A stretch of DNA of 64,000 bases, taken from a virus. Taxonomy: Duplodnaviria > Caudoviricetes. The DNA is taken from the IMG/VR virus record IMGVR_UViG_3300033067_002128, positions 34,432 through 98,431 of that record; one strand, 5' to 3'. The notes beneath the pieces were generated by a model. That model made no database searches. It had not been told where the DNA came from and saw only the letters and a list, made by a program, of their open reading frames with translations. Position 1 is the stretch's first letter. The number at the start of each line of letters is the position of its first letter. The translations under genes were made by a program, and so were the position numbers. Below are positions 18,401 through 27,914 of the stretch, piece after piece.

Positions 18401-19511
18401 TTTCGGCAGTATAGATATAAAGCCAATCCAAGTCAAGCAGAAAAAGTTCTTGGGATTTTAAAGCCTCCAAGTAGGAAAAATATTGTTTATTTCCAATCAG
18501 TATTTTTTTATTTGATTTGGCTTTGACTTTCTTATCAAGAATTCCCTTGATCTTTTCTGCGTTTCCTTTTGCTATTGTGTTTAAATCGTGGAAAACAACT
18601 TCGTAGTCAAAGAATTTAAATCTTTGGGCGGAAAGATGCTCCTCGGAAACGCACAATAAATTAATGTGAATTCCAAGATTTTTCACCCTTTTGACAAAGG
18701 GTTCATCAAATGATTCGGCAATATAATTAATTACCGAAATACGGCGCAACGACAGAAGTTCATCGGAAATTGGAGCGGATAGGGTAACTTCGACAAAATT
18801 GTTTCTCAGTAGGTCGTGCAGCACTGCCTCATTGTGGCATATATCCATTCTTACATTTATTTTCGGGTTCTGGATATTTGTGTGTTCTGTTGGAACCACA
18901 TCAACACACTGTTCATTATATCTTGATCCAATAAAAAGTGTTTTGAGCCTTATGTCTTTTTTAATTCTAAGGGCCTCAAGAATATTGGTCGCAATAATTT
19001 CTGGCTTTACCGAATTAATTGTTTTGTTTTGTTCGTTAGGATCATATGATGGTCTTCCGACTTGTTCGAACGAACATATTTCTTTCGTTTTGTTTTTCGC
19101 CATTTTCCATGGGCGAGTGTTGTTTGGGTTGGTGTGAGAATAGATGGAAACAAGAGGCACGGAAAACTCTCCAGCAAAATAACAATAAATAGAGTCTGTG
19201 CCTACATGGCAAAGCGAATTTTGAATAATGAAAGCCGCCTGTTTTTTTGAAACGGAAATATGTTTATGGGCTGATTGTATTTTTTGAGCCTCGTCATCAA
19301 GAATCTGTATGATTCTTATTTTTTTCTTTGAGAGAATCGGTGACAATATTTCCAAAACCTCCTCCCAATAATCATAATGGGTAGCTCGGCAGTTTCCGTG
19401 ATAAATTGTTATATATTTTTCCTCAACAATAGGAAAAAAAGCTGGGACGATCTTTGGCGCTCCTATTTTAACCCCGCATGATTTTGCGTATTCCTGAATA
19501 ATGTGGCTCAT
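18393..19511 (-). CDS. glycosyltransferase family 9-like protein (C-terminal GT-B half plus extension)
   Basis: AFIIQNSLCHVGTDSIYCYFAGEFSVPLVSIYSHTNP matches the GT9 nucleotide-binding motif. Confidence 0.65.
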   Translation of the reverse strand: MSHIIQEYAKSCGVKIGAPKIVPAFFPIVEEKYITIYHGNCRATHYDYWEEVLEILSPILSKKKIRIIQILDDEAQKIQSAHKHISVSKKQAAFIIQNSLCHVGTDSIYCYFAGEFSVPLVSIYSHTNPNNTRPWKMAKNKTKEICSFEQVGRPSYDPNEQNKTINSVKPEIIATNILEALRIKKDIRLKTLFIGSRYNEQCVDVVPTEHTNIQNPKINVRMDICHNEAVLHDLLRNNFVEVTLSAPISDELLSLRRISVINYIAESFDEPFVKRVKNLGIHINLLCVSEEHLSAQRFKFFDYEVVFHDLNTIAKGNAEKIKGILDKKVKAKSNKKILIGNKQYFSYLEALKSQELFLLDLDWLYIYTAENE

Positions 19512-21247
19512 AAAGAGAATTGTATCAAATCTTTTCCGTTGTGTTGATAGGCAAAGAATTTTTGAGTTGTCGCGTGAGGCAAAAAGGCGATTTCAAAATA
19601 ACCCTTGTGTTCTGCGCGTCCTTCCAAAAGAAACAGACTATCTACACCATCCTGATAGGGAATCAGCTTGTGAACGTCTTTGTTATCTTCAATGAGTTCG
19701 TAGTATTCTGGTTTGGTAATAAAATAGATGTTGTATTCTGGATAGGTTTTCTTTATATTTCCAATTAATGCGTTTGTGGCGAAAACATCTTGCTCCGATT
19801 GAGGCATTACTACGGCAATGCGCTTGCCTTCGTCATCTTTGTCGAGAAGGTCTTCGAAAAGAGGTTGTTTTTGTTTTGGGGCGTCGGGCGTTGCCGCTGG
19901 GATAAAGTATGCGTGAACGTCTAAAACGATAGCCTTTAGTCTGTCAATGGTTTTTTGGACACAAAATTTATCTTTGATATGGTTTTGGCCATTCAAAATA
20001 AGCCGTTGTTTTTCTTCTGCGGACATGTTCAGGACATTCTCAAGTTTTTCAGCAATGTCGATTGGGCATGTCGTGGCCTTGATAAATTGGGTATTGGGTT
20101 CCCTATATTCGCTCCATTTCAAAGGAATGCCTCCTTGGTGTTCATAACAAGAATCTGTTCCGCATGAATATTCTGTAACAAGGGTAATCAGTCCAGCGGC
20201 CTTTGCTTCTTGAATTGGCAACTCCTGACCGCCGCTTGTAAATGGGTGGCAATATACGTCCATGCAATTATATATCTCGTTCAGTTGCTCTTCTGAAACC
20301 CCAATTGCGCTGTTTTTTGTGTGAACTGTTTTTTTGTTTCCACATGCTGGACAATCTTTTTCTTCTCCAATATATGGATGTATGAAATAATTTCCGCATT
20401 TATGGCAGACATAACTCGCTAACAAATCTTTTTGGTCAAGTTTTTTTTCGTTAATAAATCTCAGAATGTCCCATCCATTATGGCTATCGGACCAGTCGGT
20501 ATGCAAGTGTAATTTGGCTTTTAGTTCAGGATTGCGTTCTTTGAAAATTCGAAAACCTTCTAAAATATTTGGAACTGATTTTCTAAGCTGGTTTTTGAAA
20601 ACGAACCCAATTACAAAACTATCGTCAATTCCAAATTTTTGGCGTATTTCGTTTTTATTTGCAAGGGGCTTGAAGTTTGAATAATTTACGGCCCCATGAA
20701 GCGTTTCTACATTTTGGCACCCTATTTTTTTCATTTCTTCTTCCGCAAAAGAAGCCCATACAAGAAACCTGTCACATTTTTCGTAAGTGTTTTTTGACTC
20801 TGGTAATAAAGGAAGACTGTCAAGGGTTGTCCAAATTATTTTTGGAATTTTATCCCACCAAGGCTTTGATTCAAACTCCCGAAACGCCCAAATGTCTTCT
20901 ATTCCTATATAAACATCTGGCTGGCATTCTTCGATGATTTTATCTATTGTATAAAAGCCATAAGAAGCAGCCTGTTGTCTGCCTGCATCGTTGCCTATTT
21001 GTTGAATAATGGATTGGTCTGATGGGGCTGTTCCATAGCTCTTCCAAGGTGTTTTAATATCTGATCCATAATAGACTCCGTTTGCCGCCTCTATTACTTC
21101 AATATCTGGATCATTGAAAAGTCCGAGAAGAATATTTTTCATATTCTTCCCGAACCCTGTAACCATTTTTGAATGGTTTGAATGAGCCAGCACGCGAATT
21201 TTTCTTTTTTTAACCCCGTGACTATTTTCTTGTGTAATTAAGTGCAT
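19508..21247 (-). CDS. GT4-like glycosyltransferase with Zn-ribbon insert and C-terminal GT9 N-domain
   Basis: TGFGKN, NQLRKSVP, DVYCHPFTSGGQELPIQEAKAAG; CHKC...CPAC insert; C-terminal RIAVVMPQSEQDV...IKKTYPEYNIYFIT. Confidence 0.8.
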   Translation of the reverse strand: MHLITQENSHGVKKRKIRVLAHSNHSKMVTGFGKNMKNILLGLFNDPDIEVIEAANGVYYGSDIKTPWKSYGTAPSDQSIIQQIGNDAGRQQAASYGFYTIDKIIEECQPDVYIGIEDIWAFREFESKPWWDKIPKIIWTTLDSLPLLPESKNTYEKCDRFLVWASFAEEEMKKIGCQNVETLHGAVNYSNFKPLANKNEIRQKFGIDDSFVIGFVFKNQLRKSVPNILEGFRIFKERNPELKAKLHLHTDWSDSHNGWDILRFINEKKLDQKDLLASYVCHKCGNYFIHPYIGEEKDCPACGNKKTVHTKNSAIGVSEEQLNEIYNCMDVYCHPFTSGGQELPIQEAKAAGLITLVTEYSCGTDSCYEHQGGIPLKWSEYREPNTQFIKATTCPIDIAEKLENVLNMSAEEKQRLILNGQNHIKDKFCVQKTIDRLKAIVLDVHAYFIPAATPDAPKQKQPLFEDLLDKDDEGKRIAVVMPQSEQDVFATNALIGNIKKTYPEYNIYFITKPEYYELIEDNKDVHKLIPYQDGVDSLFLLEGRAEHKGYFEIAFLPHATTQKFFAYQHNGKDLIQFSL

Positions 21248-22262
21248 GAAAAGTAAGATTAGAAAAAAGCGCAGATTTCTTTCGGATGAAGATAAAAAAC
21301 TTATATGTGTATTATATGAAAAAGGAGAAACTTGTCAAGTAATTGGAGAAAAATTAAATTCCGATCCAAGCTGGATCACCCAAATAGTAAAAAAGATGGG
21401 TGTTTGGAAACCAAAACAAGAAAGATACAAAGATGTCGGAAGGTCAATGAACGACAATCAGATAGAGCAAATGAAACAAATGCATAAATCTGGAAAAAGA
21501 TATACTGAAATTTCAAAAGAAATTGGGAGAACTTTGGCTTCTATTAAGAACGCCGCATTTAGAGAAAATCTTATTGGTTATACTAGAAAATATGAAATAG
21601 ACGAAGACTGGTTAAACGAAATTGATTCTCCAGAAAAGGCTGTTTTTTTGGGTTTGTTTTTTGCTGATGGTTGTAACGTTTCTGAAAACTCAAGATGTGA
21701 ACTTTTTCTTCAAGAAAAAGACAAACAATATTTAGATCAGTTGAATTCATTTTTTACCAACAAGCCACTTACGAAAAGATTTTCGTCAAAATATAGTAAA
21801 AATACAAAAGATCAATTTGGGATTCAAATTTTTTCTCAAAAATGGACCGATAATTTGTCCAGATATGGGGCCGTGCCAAATAAGACGTTTTTAATAAGGG
21901 ATGTCAAAAATTTACCGCATAAATATGAAAAATATTTTATACGTGGCCTTTTTGAGGGAGATGGATGCCTATATCGCTCAAAAGGTGGTTATTTTTATTT
22001 TTCGTTAGTTGGGCCAATGGCTTTTATGATTTATTGTAAAGACATGATCTTAAAAAGAACGGGCGCTAAATTAAATATTTACAAGAGTAAACAACATCTT
22101 AACGATACATTTACATTAAAAACAACAAATCAAGCGGACACCAAAAAAGTAATAAATTGGATTTATTCTGACCATTTAGAAATAGCAATGGAAAGAAAAT
22201 ATAAAAAAGCCGTAGAAATGATAAACACGTTCTACGGCTTAATTTTACAAGACGAAGCTTAA
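21246..22262 (+). CDS. free-standing LAGLIDADG homing endonuclease
   Basis: FLGLFFADGC and FIRGLFEGDGC motifs, N-terminal HTH segments, C-terminal MERK. Confidence 0.9.
   Translation: MKSKIRKKRRFLSDEDKKLICVLYEKGETCQVIGEKLNSDPSWITQIVKKMGVWKPKQERYKDVGRSMNDNQIEQMKQMHKSGKRYTEISKEIGRTLASIKNAAFRENLIGYTRKYEIDEDWLNEIDSPEKAVFLGLFFADGCNVSENSRCELFLQEKDKQYLDQLNSFFTNKPLTKRFSSKYSKNTKDQFGIQIFSQKWTDNLSRYGAVPNKTFLIRDVKNLPHKYEKYFIRGLFEGDGCLYRSKGGYFYFSLVGPMAFMIYCKDMILKRTGAKLNIYKSKQHLNDTFTLKTTNQADTKKVINWIYSDHLEIAMERKYKKAVEMINTFYGLILQDEA
21311..21338 (-). promoter_or_regulatory. consensus sigma70-type promoter inside the endonuclease gene, facing the glycosyltransferase operon
   Basis: Minus strand TTGACA-N16-TATAAT. 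Confidence 0.65.
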
Positions 22263-22269
22263 TTTAATT

Positions 22270-22860
22270 CTAAAAAGGTACATCTTGGTCGTCGTCTTCA
22301 ACAGGAACCTTTGGAGCTGGCTTTTTCGGTGCTGGTTTGCTATTTTCTTGTTCTGACTCATGCCTGCTTCCCTTAGATGCCTCAAACTCCAAATCCCATC
22401 GAATGTATTGCTTTAACAGTTCTGCCAGAACCTCTGTTTCTCCCGCTTCAAGAGCGACCTTGAAAACGGAAGAGGAATTTTTTGAAATAGACAGGCCAAA
22501 AGCTGGACTTGAGTATGTTTTGTCTCCATTTTGATCCTTGATTACCCTGTCCTTGTCCCAAGGGGTGAATTTGATAATGGTGGTGTCATCATTGAATTTG
22601 TGGAAAAAGACGACTGGAATTCTGCTTCTTAGAGAAGAAAGCATCTCTCCAGCCTCGTTGGCGTTCATTTTGAAATTGCCAGATTTTTGAGGGTTTTTCG
22701 TATTAGCCGAAAATGAGCCTCTTTTTGTTGAATCGTCCCAACTTGCTTGCTGAATGGCGCTGATAAAAAGATTTGGAGAACCGTCTTTTCCAGTTCCTAC
22801 AGAAAAAGACATCGCGCATCCAGTGTTTTTGCTGTTGGGCTTGTAAATTTGGTATTTCAT
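22270..22860 (-). CDS. putative single-stranded DNA-binding protein
   Basis: Beta-rich body, Pro/Lys linker and acidic tail EDDDQDVPF mimicking the bacterial SSB C-terminal DDDIPF. Confidence 0.6.
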   Translation of the reverse strand: MKYQIYKPNSKNTGCAMSFSVGTGKDGSPNLFISAIQQASWDDSTKRGSFSANTKNPQKSGNFKMNANEAGEMLSSLRSRIPVVFFHKFNDDTTIIKFTPWDKDRVIKDQNGDKTYSSPAFGLSISKNSSSVFKVALEAGETEVLAELLKQYIRWDLEFEASKGSRHESEQENSKPAPKKPAPKVPVEDDDQDVPF

Positions 22861-22902
22861 AAGTTTAAAGTGTAATTTTTCTTAGACAGACTATTCTAAG
22901 GA

Positions 22903-24057
22903 ATGTATTACAAAATTCAACCAGAACAAATCGAATTACATGCTTTTTCAAGCCCAAGTGGAGATTTGGGTTTTCAGGTCGGGACAAATTATGTTTATGC
23001 GAATTTGTCTAGGAGCCTGACTGGTGTTTTTGGGATTTCTGGGGGCCTTGTTATTAACGGGGTGTCTTTGGCTATGCCGTCTGCGACAAACTCTGTTCAG
23101 GGATCGGACAGTTTTTCGTTTGGCGGTATTAATAATACGATTTCTGGAGTAAGAAACGCCGCTATCAATTCCGAGTCCTCTACAATTTATGGAACTGGAA
23201 ACGCCGCAATAAATTCTTATCTCCCTAATTTCCCATCTTCATCATTAAAAAATACAATTATTGGCGGCGAGGGAGTTCAAATTTTGGCGAATACCACTGG
23301 AGCGATGATTTTAAAAGACAGAACCGCTTCCGCGCTCTCTTCAAAGGGAAATCATACCTTGGCAATGTCTTTTGCTAGTGGAATTTTTATTGAGAATGGT
23401 GGATTGAGAATTAATAACGGTAATTTAATTGTTGTTTCTAGCAATTCTGGGATTTTTTCTGGTGGATTACAGGTATTTGGTAGCGCAAGAAAGAACGGAG
23501 TTGAATTGGCTACAACTGGAGACTTGGGAACAACAAGTGGTGCTCTTAATACAAAAATTATCAACACTGGAGCCTATGCCGTTAGCGCAAGCGGAGCGTT
23601 GAATACAGCAATTGTCAACACTGGAGCCTATGCCGTTAGCGCAAGCGGAGCGTTGAATACAGCAATTGTCAATATGGGTGCTCTTATTAATACGTCGAGT
23701 GGTGCGTTGAACACCAAGATCATCAATACTGGAGCTTATGCGTTCAATGCTAGTGGGGCATTAAATTCAGGTATTGTAGCGGTTTCTGGCTCTTCCGTTT
23801 TTAAAACTGGCAATCAAACAATTAGTGGAACAAAAACCCTTGTTGACAGCCCTGTTTCAAATCAAAGCATATATTTGCAAGGAAACAGCGGAATACTGTC
23901 TGGAATTTCTGGAGCATCCTCACTTGTTCCAACTGGATCGGGACATTCTATTGGCTCAAGAGGGCTTATTTCTTATTCTGGGCAGTTTTTATATTTGAAA
24001 ATATCAGACTCTCCTCATATTTGGGTGCGCCATTCTGGAGACATTGTTTGGCCTTAA
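22903..24057 (+). CDS. putative fibre/virion protein with 18-aa tandem repeats
   Basis: G/S/N-rich, KTGNQTISGTKT fibre motif, C-terminal PTGSG...GLISYSGQFLYLK...WVR; GTGTAA at 22870. Confidence 0.65.
   Translation: MYYKIQPEQIELHAFSSPSGDLGFQVGTNYVYANLSRSLTGVFGISGGLVINGVSLAMPSATNSVQGSDSFSFGGINNTISGVRNAAINSESSTIYGTGNAAINSYLPNFPSSSLKNTIIGGEGVQILANTTGAMILKDRTASALSSKGNHTLAMSFASGIFIENGGLRINNGNLIVVSSNSGIFSGGLQVFGSARKNGVELATTGDLGTTSGALNTKIINTGAYAVSASGALNTAIVNTGAYAVSASGALNTAIVNMGALINTSSGALNTKIINTGAYAFNASGALNSGIVAVSGSSVFKTGNQTISGTKTLVDSPVSNQSIYLQGNSGILSGISGASSLVPTGSGHSIGSRGLISYSGQFLYLKISDSPHIWVRHSGDIVWP
23536..23778 (+). repeat. 54-bp tandem repeat (SGALNTxIxNTGAYAxxA), about 4.5 copies
   Basis: Exact 54-bp duplication at 23563/23617 plus diverged copies. 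Confidence 0.9.
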
Positions 24058-24431
24058 AACTCAATTTTAACTTTTGAGTTTTCAATAACTTTTGGCTTGT
24101 CGAGAAGGTGGTCTTTGCCTACTTTTTTCTTATAGTCTGAAAACATTTTTCTTTTAACGGGGTCTTCTTTGCCATGTGATTCGGCGCGTTTTTCGGAGAG
24201 TTCGGCAGAAAGGTCCATGACATCTCCAACCGTTCCCCTTTTGTTGGTTTTTCTAATAAATTCGCTGGATGAAAAAGGGTCGATTTTAGTGTCTATTGAT
24301 GCAGAGGGAACGGTGAATATTCTTTGCCAGATATGCCCGTCTTCCTCATAAACATGTTCATCGTTCATGCCTTGAAGAACTTCTTTTACTTCTCCTGTTT
24401 CTGGATGTTTATATAAATATATTACAGGCAC
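24054..24431 (-). CDS. FmdB-like small protein
   Basis: MPVIYLYKHPETGEVKEVLQGM...WQRIFTVP resembles the FmdB family N-terminus, without the Cys ligands. Confidence 0.5.
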   Translation of the reverse strand: MPVIYLYKHPETGEVKEVLQGMNDEHVYEEDGHIWQRIFTVPSASIDTKIDPFSSSEFIRKTNKRGTVGDVMDLSAELSEKRAESHGKEDPVKRKMFSDYKKKVGKDHLLDKPKVIENSKVKIEF

Positions 24432-25180
24432 GATGAAAACCTCTCTTTCTTTCTTGTCAAGAACATTTCTGCTTCTTGATATAATTTTTCGTTCAATTTC
24501 GCTAAATTATTTTTGCCTGTGATAACTAATCTCCAAATATTTTGCTCTGATTTAATTTTATTTGTTTCAATCTCTTCTTGGTTTAAAGATTTTTGCACTT
24601 CTGTAAGAAAATCGTATGTCCCAAGAAAATAGGCTTGTTTTTGATTGTTAGTGGTATATATTGATCCGTCACCATCAAAATAGCCTCTTAAAAAATCCCA
24701 CAAAAATTTCTGAGGCACTTGTTCATATGATGGGAATCTAAGAATTAAAGATTTTTTAGGACAACAACCTAGTTTTATTAAATCTTGTTTCATTTCTGCA
24801 CTAGAAAACCAAATTGTTTTAGCTTTCTCATGTTTTGGATTTTTATAAAGAGACTTTGACAGTTGAATTTCTTTTTTGAGAAAAGAGAGCAATTCAGTAT
24901 CATTAGAAACAAAGGAAATTTGGTTCGTTGTAGAGCTTACGCTACCGTCAGCATATAAAAGACCTAATAAATAAGCTTTGTTGCGAGAGTCAATTTTAGA
25001 AAAGTAAGAATGATTCAATTTGTAACCTAATCTATATTGATTCTTGCTTGCTACATGTAACTCATGTTTTTTTAAAGTGTCCGAAATTATTTTCTGGCGA
25101 CATTTAGCCCGCTCGCTAATTTCTTTAATTGTCAGACCTTCCTTATATAAGGATACGGCTTTTTCTTCTGAAATTCTCAT
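24422..25180 (-). CDS. free-standing LAGLIDADG homing endonuclease
   Basis: AYLLGLLYADGSV and FLRGYFDGDGSI; start set at MRISEE, 8 nt after GTGTAA. Confidence 0.9.
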   Translation of the reverse strand: MRISEEKAVSLYKEGLTIKEISERAKCRQKIISDTLKKHELHVASKNQYRLGYKLNHSYFSKIDSRNKAYLLGLLYADGSVSSTTNQISFVSNDTELLSFLKKEIQLSKSLYKNPKHEKAKTIWFSSAEMKQDLIKLGCCPKKSLILRFPSYEQVPQKFLWDFLRGYFDGDGSIYTTNNQKQAYFLGTYDFLTEVQKSLNQEEIETNKIKSEQNIWRLVITGKNNLAKLNEKLYQEAEMFLTRKKERFSSCL

Positions 25181-25208
25181 ATTCATATTTACACAAAAAT
25201 CCAAAAAA

Positions 25209-26300
25209 TTATAACATCCTCCCTAAAATTTGCTCAATAGATTTCTCGTATGAGAATTTTTCAATTAAATCTATTCTTTCATATTTTTTACGATGATTTT
25301 GTAATTGGATTATAGCTTCATCCATTTTTTCTCCAATAGCATTGACGTTCGTTGTGTAGAAATTTCCTTGGGAAAAAGGGAGGCCCTCTCTAAAAAAAAC
25401 TCCGTCATAGCACTTTTCTTTGCCATCTGGATAAAGCTTAATAATGTTTTCTCCTTCTGCCCAATCTTTATGAGCCATTCCTTGCCCGACTATACAAATA
25501 TTTCCAAGACAGGCAGAATTGAAGCTTGGCAAATTCCATCCTTCATTAAAATTACATCCAGAAAGGTCAATATCAATTGCATTCAAGACTTCATTCACTT
25601 CTGAGTTTGTCTTTAGTGCTGGAAGCAGGTTTAAATTGGTCCAACGCTGCCCTCCAAGCGTTTGATTTATAATCTGACTATAATCCTCGGAAGAAAAGAA
25701 AGGGTTGTTTACAAGGCATGTGAGTTGAAATTCGGGGTTGTTGCCAAATTTGGAAAGCCACGTTTGAATAATGGCTTGGGTGTTCTTTCTTTTTTCAAAC
25801 TTTCCGATCAATCCAAAGTGAATAACTTTTTCTCCAAGATATTTTTTATTGGTCTTGCAAAAGTCTTGATCAAACCCAAGGGGGACAAAAGAAACGTTGT
25901 CACAACCCCTTTCTTTAAAATGGTTACATGATTCGGAAGAAGAGAAAAAAACATGTTCTTGGCTTTTTACAATGTTGATTTCTTCCTGAGTCGGAGAGTC
26001 ACATTCGTAAAATGTGTAAAGAAACTGTTTGGGTGCAACTCTTTGTTCTCCTCCATTAAGATGCCACAATTTTAATGTTGGATTTTTCTTATCAAGAGTT
26101 TGATAGCGTTCGTAGGCGGATTTTTGAATCCACTCCAACAGTTTTGGATCAGCTTTATCGAAAGCTTCGAAATTGGCCGTATTGCCTTGTGGAAAAAAGG
26201 AAACGGAAACGCCCTTCTTCCAAAATTCTCTTAAAAAGTTGAAAGAAACATTCCCAAAACTCAAAGAGTTAATTGGCGCGTCAAAATGTAATTGGGTCAT
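25209..26300 (-). CDS. glycosyltransferase (GT-B, GT4-like)
   Basis: VPLGFD, IGKFEKRKN, EGWNLPSFNSACLG motifs. Confidence 0.8.
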   Translation of the reverse strand: MTQLHFDAPINSLSFGNVSFNFLREFWKKGVSVSFFPQGNTANFEAFDKADPKLLEWIQKSAYERYQTLDKKNPTLKLWHLNGGEQRVAPKQFLYTFYECDSPTQEEINIVKSQEHVFFSSSESCNHFKERGCDNVSFVPLGFDQDFCKTNKKYLGEKVIHFGLIGKFEKRKNTQAIIQTWLSKFGNNPEFQLTCLVNNPFFSSEDYSQIINQTLGGQRWTNLNLLPALKTNSEVNEVLNAIDIDLSGCNFNEGWNLPSFNSACLGNICIVGQGMAHKDWAEGENIIKLYPDGKEKCYDGVFFREGLPFSQGNFYTTNVNAIGEKMDEAIIQLQNHRKKYERIDLIEKFSYEKSIEQILGRML

Positions 26301-26874
26301 TTTTTATTGTTTTTTGAAATTGTTGAATCGCCTTGTTGTGAATATCAATGCATCCCTGAATGCTTAAATTCATTATTTTCGCAATTGTTTTCCAAGGCGT
26401 TAGTTTTCTTCCTGTTGACGAGAAGTATCTTTCTTTAAAAATTTGAGTTACTCTTGGGTCTTCGTGAGCTTCAATAAGATAGCAGATTTTTTTCATGAAC
26501 TCCCTTTGGGAAGAGGCTTGGCAGGGGTTTTGTTCTTTTGATTCCTGCTCAAACTCTATGTCGTCAAAGTTGATGATTTTCGAGTTTTTTTTATTGACTG
26601 TTTTATTGGAGAGACAATTGTATTTTGTTCTGTTCGCGAGATAGGTGCAAAATTTGCTCTTATTTATGTCCCATTCAAGGGCGGCTGAATAAATGTTGAA
26701 GTCTTTATCGTCCATCATGTCATTGATCTGGGTATTGGTCAGATGCTTTTGCCCATATCTTCTGATCATTTCCACATAAATTCCAGAGTGTCGAGAGATA
26801 AGCTCTTTTAAAGAGTCATTGTCTTTGTATTCTTTTATTTCCTTGATAAGATATTCGTCAGGGTCTTGGGTCAT
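26281..26874 (-). CDS. phage RNA polymerase sigma factor (sigma70-like regions 2 and 4)
   Basis: LKELISRHSGIY, AALEWDINKSKFCTYL (region 2), C-terminal HTH TPWKTIAKIMNLSIQGCIDIHNKAI. Confidence 0.75.
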   Translation of the reverse strand: MTQDPDEYLIKEIKEYKDNDSLKELISRHSGIYVEMIRRYGQKHLTNTQINDMMDDKDFNIYSAALEWDINKSKFCTYLANRTKYNCLSNKTVNKKNSKIINFDDIEFEQESKEQNPCQASSQREFMKKICYLIEAHEDPRVTQIFKERYFSSTGRKLTPWKTIAKIMNLSIQGCIDIHNKAIQQFQKTIKNDPITF

Positions 26875-27473
26875 TGAAAAAAGCTGATATTGGAGTAGTA
26901 GAATTGTTCGCAGTATTCTTGGGTCATGTTTTTCAATTCGTGTTCATCTTTTGAGTCTTGCCAAGAAATTAGGAAATCCGCCTCTTTCTTTAAAATAGGA
27001 TCGTTTCTTTTTTCATCATTATTGGCTGGTTTGACAAAATCTTTTTTCCCATTGTTCAAATGAAAACGGGAAACATGAATTAATTTTCCGTTTTTTTCCT
27101 TGAGCCATTGAAGTTCGTCAGCCTTTTCTTCCGCAAATCGCAAATCTGAGATGATTGTAATATCAGGATTTTCCGCTATAATTCTTTGCTCGACATTTTC
27201 AAGCCAATACCTTCCTTGGGTTTGGTTGCGTTTGGCACAGCCGTAGGCTACAAGAAGGGGGCGAATCAATTCTTTTTCTTTGCCATCTGCTTGAAACGGA
27301 TCAATGTTGAATTTTTCTATTAAAAAAGGAGAAATCTCATGCTTGAGTTGGTCTGCGAAAGACGCCCGAAACACTTTAATACTTGGGTTCATTTCACCAA
27401 TTACTTTCGCGAGGCCATTTGCAATGGTATCTTTTCCCGCTCTTGCGACTCCTGATACTGCGATAATTTTCAT
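26871..27473 (-). CDS. deoxynucleoside monophosphate kinase
   Basis: IIAVSGVARAGKDT P-loop, SFADQLK, RPLLVAYG, ISDLRF. Confidence 0.85.
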   Translation of the reverse strand: MKIIAVSGVARAGKDTIANGLAKVIGEMNPSIKVFRASFADQLKHEISPFLIEKFNIDPFQADGKEKELIRPLLVAYGCAKRNQTQGRYWLENVEQRIIAENPDITIISDLRFAEEKADELQWLKEKNGKLIHVSRFHLNNGKKDFVKPANNDEKRNDPILKKEADFLISWQDSKDEHELKNMTQEYCEQFYYSNISFFQ

Positions 27474-27810
27474 ATTTTAATTCCCAATCTTTAATAATCG
27501 TTTCTCTAAATTCTGATAAAACTTCTACGGTGAACCAGCGACAAGGGTATTTACCATTCTGCTTCTCTACATGAAAGAAGATATTATTTACAATATTATT
27601 GAGTTTAGATTTATCAATATTAAAAAACTCATTTCTATTTGGAAGGTGCAATGTCGCAGAACCGCCTACAATAGAACCATAATATATTCCATTCCACAAA
27701 ACAGCGTAGCAGATATTTCTACCGACAAAACCTTTAGGTTGAGAATAATGGATAGACATATTAGCTAATATTCTGTCATCAGTTCTTTTTATTTGTTCTA
27801 AAATTAGCAT
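27394..27810 (-). pseudogene. 3'-truncated DUF4338/Mom-like (GNAT-fold) gene
   Basis: HYSQPKGFVGRNICYAV...LNNIVNNIFF...DWELKY then runs out of frame into the dNMP kinase start; expected C-terminal half absent. Confidence 0.5.
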
Positions 27811-27914
27811 TTTCTACCTTAGTTTACACTAAATTTATCTAAAAGTCAATAAAATTCTTTCGTTGTATGAAAATAAATTGGATATTTTGTAATTTTTAGT
27901 GTAAAATATACTAG

